A stretch of 64,000 bases of DNA from Omnitrophica WOR_2 bacterium GWF2_43_52 (GCA_001805445.1 MHGF01000038.1:4912-68911), one strand, 5' to 3'; shown: positions 20,308 through 31,304, numbered from the stretch's first letter. Notes: a model not told the origin generated them from the sequence alone. Made by a program: numbers and translations.

Positions 20308-21237
20308 CTAAATATCCCTGCTTTTCTCCCACCATTCAGCAAATGGCGGAAAATTTGCCGTTCTTTTTACTTCACTATATTGCCCTCGCGCGACAGTATC
20401 AGTTGAGGGCATGTTATAGCAAAGATTTTCTGAAATAATCCATCTATCATGAATATCAGCCCTCAATTTATTATCTATTATAACCCGCAATTCACACTTT
20501 ATGCCATCGCTTTTGAGTTCTTCCTTTAAATCTTTATATAAGGATACGAATTTCTCATCCGCCTTTTCTGACGACATCAGGATTTTTATGCCTTTTACTT
20601 TACTGGCACTGAGCGACTCTGATAACCAATCTAACCCCGCTCTTGAGAAATATTTATCTACCCAGTAAATATACTTTTCGCAAGAACTAATAATATCCCT
20701 GATTGCTTTCTTGTTTGAAAACGGTTTACCCGGAGACAGCAATTTGGCATCTAATGGTTTATGGATAACCTCAAAAATAGTTCTTATTTTCTTATCGTGC
20801 GATTGAACCGTATCTTCCAATTGATTCAATTTGTTAAGTATTCCTTTATTTGTAGAAATTAATTTTCTTATATTAACAAATACCCGCATTATGCCGATAT
20901 TTACTTGTATCGCCCTTTTATTATTAAGAACACTGGAGAGCATGGCAACTCCTTGCTCTGTGAAGACATAAGGTAAATAACGGCGACCACCCCAACTTGA
21001 GGCCACAATTTGTGACCTCAAACTTGAGGTGACAATTTGGCACCTCAAGAATTCTTCTCTGGTTAATTGAAACATAAAATCTTCAGGAAACCTTTCGATA
21101 TTTCTGCGGACCTGACGAGTTAAATATTTTGTTTCTACCCCATAAAGTTCAGCGAGGCCTTTATCTAACATTACATTCAAACCTCTAATCAAAAATATCT
21201 TTTTTTCGATAATGCCTTGTTTAATAATATCGGTCAT
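20308..21237 (-). CDS. ORF6N DNA-binding domain fused to a PLD-like (HDR) C-terminal domain
   Basis: IRGLNVMLD..LAELYGVET..QVRRNIERFPEDFMFQL..PYVFTEQGVAMLSSVL; C-terminal YWVDKY...IHDRWIIS. Confidence 0.75.
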   Translation of the reverse strand: MTDIIKQGIIEKKIFLIRGLNVMLDKGLAELYGVETKYLTRQVRRNIERFPEDFMFQLTREEFLRCQIVTSSLRSQIVASSWGGRRYLPYVFTEQGVAMLSSVLNNKRAIQVNIGIMRVFVNIRKLISTNKGILNKLNQLEDTVQSHDKKIRTIFEVIHKPLDAKLLSPGKPFSNKKAIRDIISSCEKYIYWVDKYFSRAGLDWLSESLSASKVKGIKILMSSEKADEKFVSLYKDLKEELKSDGIKCELRVIIDNKLRADIHDRWIISENLCYNMPSTDTVARGQYSEVKRTANFPPFAEWWEKSRDI

Positions 21238-21498
21238 ATTTTTCTTAGGCTAAACCGTATAACTCATATACATCTGGTCAATTTGGCGTTCGTATTCCCT
21301 GCCTACCGGCAGGCAGGTTTGACTGCCTGGCAGTGAATTAAGTATTGTGTCCCCCCGAATATGAATAACGGTTTTAGGCATCCTCATATCCTCCCATGTT
21401 TTCCTTTATGACGTATCCATATTTATCATTTTGCCAAATCTTCTTACATTTCTCCCCTTTAACACTTTCACACATCCACCGATTATTTTCGCCTTTAT

Positions 21499-22398
21499 TT
21501 AACTAAATTTCTTCTCAATAAGAACTGCTATTATCTTCCATTCTTCATCTGTAACCGGAAAGTTTGTACCTCGAGAGAAATTGAATATCGATAAACGAGA
21601 TAGTTCTGGGATCTTTTTCAGTTCCTGTTTATAAATAGGTCCTTCAGGAAATTTAATTTTATACTTATAATTAACCCGCAATTTTCGCTGTTGCTTATCT
21701 TCATCGCTTATCCAGTATTTAGACGAATCGAGAGAATCTATGAGAAATTCTGGATCAGAGGTAATGTCTATTACGGCATAGATACCTGCTTCTTCACCTG
21801 ACATCCATATAAGGCCAATATCGCCTTTCTTGATTTCATTCTTATGTTGATTAACAAGCCAGACATCTTTATTTAGCTTTTCATCAGCAAGTGCATTAAG
21901 AATGTCAAATCGCTGCGGATTAGCCTGAAATATCCATATATGACAACGGCGAGACAATATATCAAATTCTTTTATAACTTTCCTTGTTACCAATTTTTGT
22001 TCAGGAGTAGCTTCGTCTTCAAACTTATAATGGTATTTCTCCGCAATTTTATTGATTTGAGATATGGATATTTCTAAAGACTGAACTCCCATCTTTTCTT
22101 CCATAAATATAGCAAGTTCTTTTGGAATTATGTTAGCAACGAGCATTAAGCGAATCTCTTCTGAGGGGCTATCCTGCCTGAGCAAGCCATAATATGCGCC
22201 TATCTGACCTATGGCTTCTCGCATGAGAAGTCCCCGCTTAATCTCCATTATTAATTTTGCTCTAGGTCCATCTTGAAACACAAGATCAGCGCGATATCCC
22301 CCAAGTTGCATTTGTCTACCAACCAAAATGAGATTTTTGTGAGGCAGAAATTCTTCAGGATGCTTTTCCAATAAATTTTCTATATCTCTTTCTAGCAT
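21499..22398 (-). CDS. NucS-like PD-(D/E)xK nuclease fused to an EVE domain
   Basis: LERDIE..RQ..RADL..IMEIKRG..IGQIGAY; WIFQANP..IKKGD..WMSG..GTNFPVTDEEW. Confidence 0.75.
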   Translation of the reverse strand: MLERDIENLLEKHPEEFLPHKNLILVGRQMQLGGYRADLVFQDGPRAKLIMEIKRGLLMREAIGQIGAYYGLLRQDSPSEEIRLMLVANIIPKELAIFMEEKMGVQSLEISISQINKIAEKYHYKFEDEATPEQKLVTRKVIKEFDILSRRCHIWIFQANPQRFDILNALADEKLNKDVWLVNQHKNEIKKGDIGLIWMSGEEAGIYAVIDITSDPEFLIDSLDSSKYWISDEDKQQRKLRVNYKYKIKFPEGPIYKQELKKIPELSRLSIFNFSRGTNFPVTDEEWKIIAVLIEKKFS

Positions 22399-22773
22399 TT
22401 TTTACCTTGAAGATTCCATAAACCTCGTACGCGAGAAAAAATAAATGGCCGGACACTGACAGTAGGCATTACCTCATCTATCTCTCGCTGCAAACTTCTT
22501 TTCTTTTAGGGGCCAGGTCTATTTTTAAAACATTCTCTCCGTTGCCCTTACGATTCTGCCATCTTAAATATACTCTGACCCAATTTTCTTTCGCTGAAAA
22601 TGGATGATGTGTCAACAAAATTCTGTGCTTAAGACTTGCCTCTTTTTACCGGAAAGCGTGTTTTAAAATACTATCCTTGAGTATGCGTTTTATCATATGT
22701 GGCGTATTCCAGCTATCATAATAGCAATTTTATGCCTGTACCTAAAGAGGCTGGGTAAATATTTGCGGGCGTA

Positions 22774-23214
22774 TTATTTTCTACCCTTTTTCAGAAGTAT
22801 CTGTTTCGCGGCCTTGAGGAATCTCTTCGCGCTTTCAATAACCGCCTGAGCTCCTTCCTGAGAAAACTGTCTCCGATAATCGGCATCTTCCCGAAGAATC
22901 ATAGAATTATTAAAATCTTCGGCTAACTTAGGATCTAATTTCTTCTCTTGGACAAAAAATTCCTTTAGCGTGAGGTAAAGACAATAATGACCTTTTTCAC
23001 GATATCCACGAGAATAAAGTAACGCCCGCGCGGAATGAAACATAGAATAATAACCTTTGATAGTGGCCCATTTAAAACCGGATTCCGAGAATTCTTCCTG
23101 GGCGGAGCATAAATCGCTCTCCGCGTCTTTGATTTCAAAATCGACCAATTGTTTTGCTGGTTCAAAACGGAAAATCCTCTTCTTCTCTAAACAATCTTTA
23201 AAGGATATACTCAT
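22774..23214 (-). CDS. HEPN-domain protein (toxin-like)
   Basis: A..DL..A..WATIKGYYSMFHSARALL...H...LREDADY. Confidence 0.85.
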   Translation of the reverse strand: MSISFKDCLEKKRIFRFEPAKQLVDFEIKDAESDLCSAQEEFSESGFKWATIKGYYSMFHSARALLYSRGYREKGHYCLYLTLKEFFVQEKKLDPKLAEDFNNSMILREDADYRRQFSQEGAQAVIESAKRFLKAAKQILLKKGRK

Positions 23215-23764
23215 TAGTCTCCCTCTCCCAAAGGATTTTCCCCTTTTCCACTTGCTCAAGGAACACTCTTTCTTCTTTACCTTTTTTAAAAAGCTCTTCC
23301 GGAGCCTTAATAATCGGCTGCACTTTGCGATTATAGAGTTCTGCAGAGTAAGAAAATTTATTGATTACAGACAGTGTCTTTTCTTTTTCAGAACTAACGA
23401 TAAACAGGTCAATATCACTATCCTCATTATCATTCCCTTGAGCCCAACTGCCAAAGAGGACTATTTTATGGCTTAATCCTTTCAGCTTTTCTATCAGAGG
23501 CTCAATTAAAAGTAGATTAACAAGAACCTTAAACTCTTTAAGATAAGGATTAGTCTTATCAATAGAGTAGAAATACATCCGGCCATTTTGTTTTCGGTTA
23601 ATCACGCCCGCCCGATAGAGGCGCACCAAAACATGGTGGGTTGAACTTGGGCTTAAGCCTGCCTTCCGCGCAATCTCTCTCTCATAAAAAGACGCGCCCG
23701 GATGCAGGACAAAGAAGCTTAAGACTTTCTGATGATTAGTAGAAATAAGATATGAATTAACCAT
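23198..23764 (-). CDS. wHTH + minimal nucleotidyltransferase (MNT) antitoxin
   Basis: YEREIARKAGLS HTH; VLFGSWAQG..EDSDIDLFIV; overlaps the HEPN gene. Confidence 0.85.
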   Translation of the reverse strand: MVNSYLISTNHQKVLSFFVLHPGASFYEREIARKAGLSPSSTHHVLVRLYRAGVINRKQNGRMYFYSIDKTNPYLKEFKVLVNLLLIEPLIEKLKGLSHKIVLFGSWAQGNDNEDSDIDLFIVSSEKEKTLSVINKFSYSAELYNRKVQPIIKAPEELFKKGKEERVFLEQVEKGKILWERETNEYIL

Positions 23765-24114
23765 TGCTCAATAAATTAAACTCATGCTCCTTTCATGGAG
23801 CATGATAGCAAGTTTGGAAGTGGCTGTCAATACAATTTTCTCGCAATAATTCAGCTCTTGGAAGTACTCCGGCGAAACATAAAACTTTAGGAGTCAGGCC
23901 ATCTCTATTCCCCTCGCGATTCTGCAATCCTGAATTCACTCTGGCCTCATTTTTCCTGGTTTTCTTTCGCCGAAAATGGATGACTTATCAACAGAATTCT
24001 GTACTTAAACTTGGCCATCTTTTGCTCAATAAAAATTCCCTTTCCCGCATCATAAACTCACTCTGGCCCCATTTTCCTTATCAATGTCTAATGTCTGGGT
24101 CTGACCCCTTTATT

Positions 24115-26358
24115 CTATTTTTCCAATTCTGCCTTTAGTTTTTCTAGGTCGGTAACGGGCAATTTGCAGGTATACTTTTCACAGACGTATGCCGTTGCCT
24201 TGTGTTCTAAAGGGATTTGGTTTTCTAAAAATGGTATAAGCTTAATAATTTTGGTTGCTTCTCTTTTATCCGCGGGGTGAAATACAAGTATTTTATTCGG
24301 CATAAAGCGCTGATACACGGCCTTTATCATCTGCTGCGTGCCTTCAGATTCACCATCTCCGGCAATAACAATCTCTTTTGAGGGGCCAAAGGCGAAATCC
24401 AAAGCGCTTAGGGTTTGCGCGCAGGCTGTAGGAGAGCGGGAAATTTCGGCTGAAAACGCCTTAAAAAAGGCTTCCGCTTTTTTGTCTAATTCTTTATCCA
24501 TAAAAAAACGCGCTAACCGCAACAAATCCAAACCCGCAATGGAATTACCTGACGGCATTGCCCCGTCATAGGCTGTCTTATGCCGGATGAAAAGCCTTTC
24601 TGCATCAGAGGCTGTTGAAAAAAACCCTCCGTCTTGCGTATCCCAGAAAAGCTCAAGCATCTCCTGGGTAAACCGTTTGGCGTGCGCAAGGTATTCCGGC
24701 TTAAAACCTGCCTCATATAAATCAAGCAGCCCTTGGATAAAAAAGGCATAATCATCAAGCATTCCTTTAATCGCGGCTTCCCCGTCGCGATAGCGGTGCA
24801 AAAGCCTGCCGTTTTTATCCTGCAAATTCTTTAAAATGAATTGGGCGGCTTTCTCTGCCTGCACAAGATACGCCGGCTCATTTAACACGCGCGCGCCGAT
24901 GGAAAAAGCTGAAATCATCAGGCCGTTCCAATCTGTCAGGATTTTATCATCGCGATGAGGGCGCGGCCTTTTGTTACGGAGAGCAAAAAGCTTATTTTTT
25001 GCTTCATTTATTGTTTTCTTTATTTCTTGAGGGGATTTTCCAAATTGAGCAGCAGTTTCTTCTATCGTATGCGCGATATAAAAGACATTTTTATTTTTAA
25101 ATTCTCCCTGCGGATCAGACAACGCGTTACCGCTATCCTCAATGCCAAAATAAAAGCATATTACATCTAAGAACGGCTTGTCCAAAATGCGAGTAAGCTC
25201 ATCTTTTGTCCAGAGATAGAATGCGCCTTCGGTTTTTCTCTTACTCTCTGCTTCGATCGAGTCGGCGTCTTCCGCGGAATAAAAACCTCCTTCCAAAGAA
25301 AACACATCACGCAGGACATATTCAAAAATGCCTTTGGCCGTCTGGGCATGCTCTTGTTTTCCCGTTACCTGATACGCCTCTATATATGCCTTGGCAAGTA
25401 TCGCCTGGTCATAGAGCATCTTCTCAAAATGAGGAATACGCCACTGCCTGTCCGTCGAATAGCGGTGAAACCCTCCGCCAAGCTGGTCATACATCCCGCC
25501 TTGCGCCATCGCGCTCAATGTTTTCTCAACCATCTCAAGCGCCTTTGGCTCTTTGGAGCGCTTCCAATAACGTAAAAGAAAAGAGAGCGAATGCCCGGAA
25601 GGAAACTTTGGGGCATCGCTAAAGCCGCCGTAGCGCTCATCAAAGTTCGCGCTAAAATCTTCATAGGCGCTTTTGAATATCTCTTCGGTAAGAGAAAACC
25701 CTTCTTTAGTTTCTTTTTGCTTAGTAAGAGCCTGGGTGAGCTCCTGCGCGGTATCAACGAGCTTATCCCTGCGGCTCTTCCAATTCTTGATAATTGATAA
25801 AAGCAATGTTTTAAAACCGGGCCTGCCCCAGCTGTCCTCTACAGGAAAGTAGGTGCCGCCGTAAAAAGGCTTTTTCTCAGGTGTTAGAAAAACGTTTAAC
25901 GGCCAACCGCCGGAGCCGGTCAAAGCCATTACCGCCTGCATATAGATTTCGTCTAAATCCGGCCTTTCTTCACGGTCAACCTTGATAGGGACAAAATAGG
26001 CATTGAGTAGGCCAGCGATTTCCTCACTGGAAAATGCCTCTTCCTCCATCACATGGCACCAATGGCAGGTGGAATAGCCTATAGAAACAAACAGCGGCTT
26101 ATCTTCTTTTTGCGCCTTTTGGAATGCTTCATCACCCCAAGGATACCAGTCAACCGGATTATGGGCATGCTGCAAAAGATACGGGCTCTTTTCCTTGATA
26201 AGGCGATTAGTAACGATGTTTTTCGGCTCTGTTTTATTTTCTTTTGTATTCACGTTGCAGGCTCCCAGAAAAAATAAGAATGGAATACTTAAAAATATAC
26301 TACTTCGTAATAAATCCTTCGCCTCATTCATCAAAGGATATAGTTGTTTCCACCTCAT
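24115..26358 (-). CDS. Thioredoxin-domain DUF255 protein (YyaL/SPATA20 family)
   Basis: [54 protein letters not shown]. Confidence 0.95.
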   Translation of the reverse strand: MRWKQLYPLMNEAKDLLRSSIFLSIPFLFFLGACNVNTKENKTEPKNIVTNRLIKEKSPYLLQHAHNPVDWYPWGDEAFQKAQKEDKPLFVSIGYSTCHWCHVMEEEAFSSEEIAGLLNAYFVPIKVDREERPDLDEIYMQAVMALTGSGGWPLNVFLTPEKKPFYGGTYFPVEDSWGRPGFKTLLLSIIKNWKSRRDKLVDTAQELTQALTKQKETKEGFSLTEEIFKSAYEDFSANFDERYGGFSDAPKFPSGHSLSFLLRYWKRSKEPKALEMVEKTLSAMAQGGMYDQLGGGFHRYSTDRQWRIPHFEKMLYDQAILAKAYIEAYQVTGKQEHAQTAKGIFEYVLRDVFSLEGGFYSAEDADSIEAESKRKTEGAFYLWTKDELTRILDKPFLDVICFYFGIEDSGNALSDPQGEFKNKNVFYIAHTIEETAAQFGKSPQEIKKTINEAKNKLFALRNKRPRPHRDDKILTDWNGLMISAFSIGARVLNEPAYLVQAEKAAQFILKNLQDKNGRLLHRYRDGEAAIKGMLDDYAFFIQGLLDLYEAGFKPEYLAHAKRFTQEMLELFWDTQDGGFFSTASDAERLFIRHKTAYDGAMPSGNSIAGLDLLRLARFFMDKELDKKAEAFFKAFSAEISRSPTACAQTLSALDFAFGPSKEIVIAGDGESEGTQQMIKAVYQRFMPNKILVFHPADKREATKIIKLIPFLENQIPLEHKATAYVCEKYTCKLPVTDLEKLKAELEK

Positions 26359-26376
26359 ACCATTGCCAAAGGTACG

Positions 26377-27384
26377 TTATATCGCGGTCATTTGCCAGCA
26401 TCGATGAATACCTCTATTACGATAGTCTTCGGGGATAGTTTTTGGCGTCAGCTCTACAACATTACAAACAGAAAGGCCTTCAAGATGCGGTTTAAAACGC
26501 TGATGATTTGTCGAAAAAAATACTAAAGAACCCGGAACCATGACTTTTAAGGCCTTTTGTATGAGCCCATGATGATCGCGGTTAATGTCAAAAGAAATCC
26601 CTTTATCGCGGTCTTGAAAGAATGATGGAGGGTCAACGAATGCCAGCGTAAAACGCCTGCCTTCACGATACGCCTCTTCCAGATAGGCGTCGACATCAGA
26701 TTGTATAAGGGAATGCTGCCGCCCCCACAGTTTATTTAACTCCAAATTATCCTGTATCCACCCAAGATAGGTGGCTGAACGGTCTACGCTGACTGTCGTT
26801 TTAGCGCCTGCGGCTGCCGCGGCAACGGTGAACGCGCCCGTATACGCGTACAGATTGAGGAAATCCTTACCCGCGGCGCATTGGGCAATGATACGCCTGG
26901 TATCGCGATGGTCAGAATACAAACCTGTATCCAGAAAATCATCAAGGTTAACCCAGAAACGTAAATTCCGTTCTCGCACTTCAAAACGCTCTCCCAGGGA
27001 AGCCATCTTACGGTAACGAGCTCCCTCTTCGGGCTTGGTGCGGCGGCGCTTCAGGTGCACCCGATCCAAAGGAACACTCAAAGCTTCTGCTACAGCCGCT
27101 GCCATTTTGGGAAGCCATTCCTGTCCGGTCTGCAAACGCTCGTATTCTGCTATCACGATATGGCCGGCATACCAGTCAACCACGGCGCGAACCTCAGGAA
27201 TATCCCAATCATAGAGGCGGAAACAATCAATATCCTGACGCCGGAAACGCCGCGATAAATGGCGGAAACGAGCGCGAATACGGTTTGACAAAATCTGCGC
27301 GTGGTGTTGAGCCTTTTCAGAAGTCACCCAATGCTTAGGTTTCAATCTTTCCGGTGTCACCTTCATAGCAATCCTTAAAATCAA
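26377..27384 (-). CDS. Stand-alone RlmK-like 23S rRNA methyltransferase
   Basis: FRLYDWDIPE, VNLDDFLDTGL..DHR, FLNLYAYTG, VDPPSF. Confidence 0.85.
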   Translation of the reverse strand: MILRIAMKVTPERLKPKHWVTSEKAQHHAQILSNRIRARFRHLSRRFRRQDIDCFRLYDWDIPEVRAVVDWYAGHIVIAEYERLQTGQEWLPKMAAAVAEALSVPLDRVHLKRRRTKPEEGARYRKMASLGERFEVRERNLRFWVNLDDFLDTGLYSDHRDTRRIIAQCAAGKDFLNLYAYTGAFTVAAAAAGAKTTVSVDRSATYLGWIQDNLELNKLWGRQHSLIQSDVDAYLEEAYREGRRFTLAFVDPPSFFQDRDKGISFDINRDHHGLIQKALKVMVPGSLVFFSTNHQRFKPHLEGLSVCNVVELTPKTIPEDYRNRGIHRCWQMTAI

Positions 27385-28613
27385 GCCTTAACAGGTAACG
27401 CCTTAACAAGGCGCAGAAGATACACAAAACCCAGCACCAAAAATATACTCAGGCTAAAAAGGCTTATGCGGTAACTCAAAACTCCGAAGCGGGAAAAACA
27501 AAACAACATAGCCCCCCAAAAGAGCGCGCCCATTACGGCAGAAAGATATCCTGCCAGGTTAAAAAGGCCGAAAACATTACCCATCTTTTCTTCCGGCGTA
27601 AGCTCAACTGCCAAGGCGCGCGCGACTGTCCAGGTTGCGCCTAAACTTATACCGGCTAGCGCGCCGATACCTAAATACATCGAGGGCTTTTTTACAAGCG
27701 CCCCCAACAGAATAAAAACCTCCCATAAGAAAAATATCGCCATAAGCATGCGCACTGAGCCTACTCTGTCGCAGATATATCCGGAGATAAGACTGCCGGC
27801 AATTGCAAAGAACGTAGAAAAACCGACCACATTGATTATCTGCGTTTCGTTAAGCTTAAAAACATTCGTGGCATAGGCAGACATGAAAATAATAATAACA
27901 TTGGCAACGCATAAGCCGTAAAAAGAGGCTTTAAGAAAATCGCTAAAGCCCGGGAGCTTATACGTGGCACGTAGGCCTGTTTTTAAATCTTTCACGATGC
28001 CTGCGGCTCTATCTTTTTTTAACAAAGAAAATAACCCTCTGTTTTCTTTTTTTGCCTTATCCTTAAGAAAAAGCATACTTGGCAAAGCAAAGATTAAAAA
28101 CCACATGCCTGTAGGAAAAAAAGTTGCCTGATAGCCGCTCTTTAAGACTATAGGCTTGACCAGATAAAGAGCCACGAGTGCTCCGGAATAAGCCAGCATT
28201 CTGCCAAAACCAGAAACAAGCCCAATTTTCTCTTTGGGTGCAACATCAACAAGCAAGGCATTATAAAAAACTACTGCCGCCTGACAGCCACAATTGGCAA
28301 TGGCGAAAAAAACAAGTTCTATAACGATGTTTCCCGTAGTTCCTAACATCATGGTAAAGATAACGGACAGCAGGGTAAAGAAAATTAAGAAGGGCATCCT
28401 TTTATTGAGAATATCCGAGACACTTCCCAAAACAGGCGTGATGATTGCCACCACAAGGGTAGAGATGCTAAAGGCGATACTGTAGAATATTTCCGGGACC
28501 TGCTTCTCTATCGTCAACCAGCGGACAAAATACAGGGAAACTATATTCAAAGCAAAGAACTGATTTGCTAAATCATACAGTCCCCACGACACAATCAAGA
28601 AAAATTGTCTCAT
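27381..28613 (-). CDS. MFS transporter (Atg22/UMF1-like)
   Basis: SWGLYDLAN, PVLGSVSD, VFYNALL; about 12 TM helices. Confidence 0.85.
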   Translation of the reverse strand: MRQFFLIVSWGLYDLANQFFALNIVSLYFVRWLTIEKQVPEIFYSIAFSISTLVVAIITPVLGSVSDILNKRMPFLIFFTLLSVIFTMMLGTTGNIVIELVFFAIANCGCQAAVVFYNALLVDVAPKEKIGLVSGFGRMLAYSGALVALYLVKPIVLKSGYQATFFPTGMWFLIFALPSMLFLKDKAKKENRGLFSLLKKDRAAGIVKDLKTGLRATYKLPGFSDFLKASFYGLCVANVIIIFMSAYATNVFKLNETQIINVVGFSTFFAIAGSLISGYICDRVGSVRMLMAIFFLWEVFILLGALVKKPSMYLGIGALAGISLGATWTVARALAVELTPEEKMGNVFGLFNLAGYLSAVMGALFWGAMLFCFSRFGVLSYRISLFSLSIFLVLGFVYLLRLVKALPVKA

Positions 28614-28641
28614 TTTTTCTTTGGCGCACTACATTGATTCC

Positions 28642-29055
28642 CTACGCATACCAGAATATCCAGCCAAAGAGGCGCACCGCCAGGTAATACAAGAAAGCAA
28701 ACCTAAAATCATCCCGCTTTAAAATCGTGTAGAATTCCCTGTCCACGTCTTTACGCCGGATGAAAGACTTTAACTCTTGGCTAAATTGGTACAATACATC
28801 ATGGACTAACGAGGCATAATAGGTTTTGCTATAGCCGGTATCAAAATTAAGCACCCCCTCCATTATCCCGAGGTACAAGTCCTTTATTTTTACCTTTGGG
28901 CTGCATCCATCCCAGGCATAGCCTTTATAATGAGTACCTTTTATCGTTATCAAACCGTTCTTTGCCAATGAAAACCACTCATTCTCAAATTCGCTCCCCT
29001 TGATAGCGGATTGATAACGGCAATCTTCTTTTATACAATAGACGTATACACCCAT
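28642..29055 (-). CDS. Hypothetical protein, DUF1353-like
   Basis: GYAWDGCS...ASLVHDVLYQ...YLAVRLFG. Confidence 0.6.
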   Translation of the reverse strand: MGVYVYCIKEDCRYQSAIKGSEFENEWFSLAKNGLITIKGTHYKGYAWDGCSPKVKIKDLYLGIMEGVLNFDTGYSKTYYASLVHDVLYQFSQELKSFIRRKDVDREFYTILKRDDFRFAFLYYLAVRLFGWIFWYA

Positions 29056-29121
29056 CTGCTCTTAAACAAGCGCTCTTTAGATTAGCGGCAAAAACTCCTC
29101 ACAACGCCTTACCTTCCGTAG

Positions 29122-29538
29122 TTATTCTACTCCTCTTACAGGCGCGCGGAATGATTTTTTCTCGCCCTGCCTGCGCTTGGCTTCCAGCATCTTCAGCTTT
29201 GCTTTTCTGGAGCGCCGGCGTTTCTGGCGGCGGATTTTTTCTATGCGCTGCCGTTCTTTGGATAATTTCCCCAAAATAAGGGTCTCTATTTTGTTTACTA
29301 AAAGTTCTCGGGCAATATAGCGGTTGAGGGCCTGAGAACGCTCTTTCTGGCATTTTACTTCAATACCGCTCGGTATATGCTTAAGGTATACGCAGGTTGA
29401 AGTTTTATTCACATTTTGCCCGCCGGGGCCTTTGGAGCGGATAAATTGTTCAACGATATCATTATCCCGTATTCCTAAGCGCTCCATCTTCTGGCGCAAA
29501 GCTTTTTCCTTATCTCTATTCACACCGAAATCTGACAT
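29122..29538 (-). CDS. RF-1-domain peptidyl-tRNA hydrolase (ArfB-like ribosome rescue factor)
   Basis: FIRSKGPGGQNVNKTS GGQ motif and basic C-terminal tail. Confidence 0.85.
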   Translation of the reverse strand: MSDFGVNRDKEKALRQKMERLGIRDNDIVEQFIRSKGPGGQNVNKTSTCVYLKHIPSGIEVKCQKERSQALNRYIARELLVNKIETLILGKLSKERQRIEKIRRQKRRRSRKAKLKMLEAKRRQGEKKSFRAPVRGVE

Positions 29539-29543
29539 AGTAT

Positions 29544-30065
29544 TTATTGTTGTGTTGGGGTATCCTCCACATCCTCTTCTTGCGCCAACCCCACTGCCAT
29601 AAGATAGCCGCGGGCCCTCTCGGTTAAGGCATAACGGCCGACGATATCCCAAAACGCCTTACGGTGGTTAGGCTCTACCAAATGCGCCATTTCGTGCATA
29701 ACCACATAATCCCGTACCCATACCGGCATCGTGCTGAGCCTATGCGAAATACGAATACATCCTGTCCGATAGTTACAACAGCCAAACCTTGTGTTTTGAT
29801 TGGCAACATATTCTATCGCGGTAAGTTTAAGCTTCTTCTCAAAATATTTTTCATTGAGCCTGTGAAAGACCGATAGCAAATCTTCGTTTCTGTTTAATTC
29901 CTCTTTCAGTTTCTTACGCTGGAATCGCTCTTTGAATTGCGAGACTATTTTCTCAAGCTGAAACTCATGGATATGATAAGGGGCATTAATCAGAATGGTA
30001 TCCTTCACTAACCGTCCACTCACAGTTTTTTTACGCCTTAGGCTACGGATAATTTTAACTTCCAT
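29544..30065 (-). CDS. YgjP/DUF45 M48-like metallopeptidase
   Basis: RFGCC, YVVMHEMAHLVEPNH..FW. Confidence 0.85.
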   Translation of the reverse strand: MEVKIIRSLRRKKTVSGRLVKDTILINAPYHIHEFQLEKIVSQFKERFQRKKLKEELNRNEDLLSVFHRLNEKYFEKKLKLTAIEYVANQNTRFGCCNYRTGCIRISHRLSTMPVWVRDYVVMHEMAHLVEPNHRKAFWDIVGRYALTERARGYLMAVGLAQEEDVEDTPTQQ

Positions 30066-31187
30066 CTATTGTTTGGGAAAGCTTACATTCTTCATTATCC
30101 AGCCTAGTTTTTCCTGAAGGCTGATAAAAGATGGGTTCTGTCCTAGTTTTTGAAGAGCGTAGGGGTAAGACTTATAGATTAAGAAGGAGCTGCTTGCGAG
30201 AAAAAGCGCGATAATCACCACTCTTGGTATGCTAATAATTTGCCGCAGGCTGAATCGCTGGGCTTCATCAAAAGCATTCGTTATTTCTCGACGGGTAAAA
30301 TAGAGAATCCCGAAGAGGCAAAAAGCAAGCGCGTACCAACGCCAGTGAGACGAAGCGTCAAATATTTTCTGCATGCTTTTACTTCCGGGAATTTCTTGAG
30401 GGAATTTTATCTTCCGGCTTTGGTATTCAGGAGGCGCCTCTTGCGAATATTTCTGGGAGGCGATACTCTGGATTTTTCTTCGTAAGGCTATTTCTGCCGC
30501 GGTTTCAAAGAGGCCGAAAGCAAGCAAAATAATCAAAAGTAACCGTGCCCAACGCCGCATATAGAAAACCCCCGCGAGCACTAATAAAAATAAAAACGAT
30601 AGGCTAAACATGGCCAGAGGATTCACTCTAAGGAAAGCACTCCAAGAACCTCCGTATGCTACGATACCACCTAAAGAAGCGGTCATTACCGTGGCATAAC
30701 TAAGCCATAAACACATAAGCTTAATGCCAAATGGCCTACCAAAGCCCGCCCTATTGATTTTACTTACGATAAAATACGGCAGCGATAAAATGATAAACAG
30801 CACTATGGAAAAAACACTCAAGGCAATGCCTAATCTTTTTGCCCCAATTTCCAGTGCCTGCGGGCTGGGGACAGGTTCTTCTGTTTGCGGGAAAGAAGCA
30901 GGCTGCTTCCTGCTGCCGGATTTTATTGGTTTTTTTCGCGGCGTAGCAGGAATTGCAACGGATGACTGCTCAATAAATTTCAATTGTGATTTTGATATCT
31001 TCGTCTTGCTTGTTCCACTTTCCCAATATACCTCAAACCAGACAGACTCAGGGTCTTCTTTGATAACCTTTCCTTCCATGATATTACCGTTTTTAAGATA
31101 AACCTTGTCCGCATGGACAGAAGGACATGCCAGGAATAAAAAAACCATACCCCAAACTATCCTTATGATTCTTGGCATAGTGAACAT
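30066..31187 (-). CDS. Hypothetical membrane protein with an N-terminal exported beta domain
   Basis: Signal peptide, ADKVYLKNG..EGKVI, Pro-rich linker, several TM helices. Confidence 0.6.
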   Translation of the reverse strand: MFTMPRIIRIVWGMVFLFLACPSVHADKVYLKNGNIMEGKVIKEDPESVWFEVYWESGTSKTKISKSQLKFIEQSSVAIPATPRKKPIKSGSRKQPASFPQTEEPVPSPQALEIGAKRLGIALSVFSIVLFIILSLPYFIVSKINRAGFGRPFGIKLMCLWLSYATVMTASLGGIVAYGGSWSAFLRVNPLAMFSLSFLFLLVLAGVFYMRRWARLLLIILLAFGLFETAAEIALRRKIQSIASQKYSQEAPPEYQSRKIKFPQEIPGSKSMQKIFDASSHWRWYALAFCLFGILYFTRREITNAFDEAQRFSLRQIISIPRVVIIALFLASSSFLIYKSYPYALQKLGQNPSFISLQEKLGWIMKNVSFPKQ

Positions 31188-31195
31188 GAATGGAG

Positions 31196-31304
31196 CCCAC
31201 CCGGGCTAAAGCCCGGGGTTCCTTTTTTTCTTGCCCCTTCGGGGCAGAATCCCGACCGACTCCATCCGCGGCCTGAAGGCCGCGGTTTTGAAGCGTCGGG
31301 ATAA
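31196..31304. mobile_element. Gene-less element with IS200/IS605-like end hairpins, copy 2
   Basis: cccgggctaaagcccggg and ccgcggcctgaaggccgcgg hairpins about 45 bp apart; homologous to 899-980. Confidence 0.6.
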
